A DNA stretch of 64,000 nt, taken from NCBI GenBank assembly GCA_000442015.1, contig KE561096.1, forward strand, positions 1-64,000, read 5' to 3'. The DNA is from Rozella allomycis CSF55. Taxonomy: Eukaryota. Position numbers and translations under genes: made by a program. This document shows, piece by piece, positions 61,799-64,000 of the stretch; positions within the stretch are counted from its first letter, which is position 1, and each line of letters starts with the position of its first letter. Under the pieces are notes generated by a model, which saw nothing but the letters and a program-made list of their open reading frames with translations, was not told where the DNA came from and made no database searches.

Positions 61799-62793
61799 TT
61801 AAATGTCTTCTTCTGTCAAGTCCTTTCTTAAACGTAAGTCTCCTGAACTATTTAAGACATCGATGGGTACTAGAGCGGATTTAATTTCGCCATCATCTGA
61901 GTAGTCTAAATCTGAAAGAACATTTATTTGATAACGAAACACATTCGGCCTCGTTAATTTTTGTTTAATGACATTCCTCAATTTAATTCGAATTAACCTA
62001 GACAACTTGGCGACATCTTTTAATTTTGTTTTATTTCCTATTAGAGATCCTATCCCTATGTCTATAAACGGTTCTTCTGAAAAACAAAATTCAAAAAAGG
62101 TCTGTGACCCAACATTTGCAAAATTTATGATTGCCTGTATGAAATTAAGAATAATTATACCTTCCCCTTAACTTCATTTAGTTTAAAGAATAAAGATATT
62201 GGTAATGTTGCGGAAGAAGCTTGTGGCCAATTCAATATCAATTCTGTTTCTATACCAATATTGGCACAATCTTTTACAGAAAACAAAATTTCGTAGTCCT
62301 ATCCTAAAAACAATCAAGCTCATACAACATTCTTTGTTTCCTTTAGCGTACCAATTTTATCTGGCACTCGAGAACACTCAGATATTTTTTCAATTCTTGG
62401 CGGGCTTTTACCAAATTCCAAATTTGTGATAACAAACCTTCCCAGATAGGATAGTCTTTCATTGTTAAGAATTTCATCCATTTTTTCAATTAGTAGATTT
62501 TGCAACTTGGAAGAAGTTTTGAATCGAAATAAAATTGATCTGACCAAACTATTAAGCCATTCAATGGTATCTGGATTTTCAGTATCATCTTCATTATACA
62601 TGCTGGAATCAATGACATCTGAAACCTGGTTAATCATTCTGAACAAATATACCAAATTACAATCGCGAACTGTTAACCTTTGAGGCCTCTCACGATCAGA
62701 TGGACTAAGGAAAAGATAATGAAAAATTCCTCCTAGTATCATAAATATAAACAGACTCCCAAATATGAAGCCCAGATAAAATTCACTTGTCAT
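61799..62793 (-). CDS. MMM1: ERMES subunit Mmm1 (SMP domain)
   Basis: N-terminal TM (FYLGFIFG), EWLN, LEFGKSPPRI, ETELILNWP. Confidence 0.75.
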
Positions 62794-63793
62794 AGGGATT
62801 TACGGGTTTCTGAATTTTGCAAAATTCTTACGAAAGTGGTTTTATTTAAAAAAAATCCCGTATTCAGTTTCAAGAGGATGCTGTTTATAAAGCTCAATTC
62901 TTTGATAGGTAAAAGTGAAGATCAGGGGAGCCAGGCATGAGCACTTTTTCCCGCCAATTTTAACAACCAATAGAAGTAACTCGCGCCTTATCCCTTCGTG
63001 CCAAAATTTGAATCTGAAATTTCAAAAGAAACTATATATCTATCAATTCTGAAAATTTAATTAATCAATAAAAAATGTTGATATATTTAAAAAAAAATCT
63101 TTTTCGAATAAATCACCGTTTTATTTGAATTAAAGCATTTNCTACTTTGAGATACCCGGCCATACAGCTAGCTACTCAGTTCAAAAAACCATATTACCAG
63201 ATGGCTGATCATGAGTCTCGGCATTGATTAAAGATATCTGTGCAAATGGAGAGGTCATTTGATGTACTCCTGAAAGTGGTTTACAAAATATGCCATCCTA
63301 AACGTACACATTTAGGCTACACCACCATTGCCAGCACCGTCGCCGAAAGCTAGCGCTGTAATGGCGTAGAATAAGACAGCATATTCGTACCAAACCAATT
63401 ACACACAAAACACAAAACAATCTTTTTCGCGTCACATTGATGTACTTTAGCCGGCATCGATGCGAGGTCGGTCATTCACTCCTAATTATTCAAAGAATAA
63501 AGTCAGCTAACTCCAACCAGAAATTATCCAGGAGTCCAGGCATACAAAATTTTGACTCACAAGATGGAATTAACGAAAAATTCAATTGCATTTATCTTTT
63601 GACACGCCTTCTAAAGTATTTATATTTCATTTATGAATGTAGTATGTACAACAAGTATAAGTAAAATTTGTGAACATATTTATTTAGGCGCTACAGCCAG
63701 GGTTGCTGTAATTTCCACACCTTTGGAAATTATGGGCGGGATGGTGAGTTTAAAAGACGGGATGAATTATTTCCCCAAGCCTGCCCTTCCTAA

Positions 63794-64000
<207 letters not shown>

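Overview
AT-rich, gene-dense eukaryotic DNA with about 40 protein-coding genes split by very short (mostly 25-32 nt) GT-AG introns. The gene set (ERMES Mdm34/Mmm1, Spt3, Rrg7 together with LKB1, CDK10, GATAD1-like, ZNF277, a P2C Na/K-type ATPase, SWEET and a Crinkler-like remnant) suggests an early-diverging fungus or relative, probably a Rozella-like parasite (inference only). The most striking signal is in the P2C ATPase gene (596-4585, - strand). Four of its introns are stacks of 7, 8, 4 and 2 complete, back-to-back GT...AG mini-introns, nearly all 26-31 nt, joined by zero-length exons (AG|GTA). Unit interiors have diverged while ends and length are kept, which points to recursive splicing of tandemly duplicated micro-introns. 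Other observations: an intronic H/ACA snoRNA candidate, a GT-TG intron in GSK3, two structured non-coding regions, candidate secreted or surface effectors, a decayed hAT element with a foreign insert, a possible Helitron 3' end, and a 2.2-kb compositionally anomalous block. Gene boundaries were assembled by eye and no database search was run.
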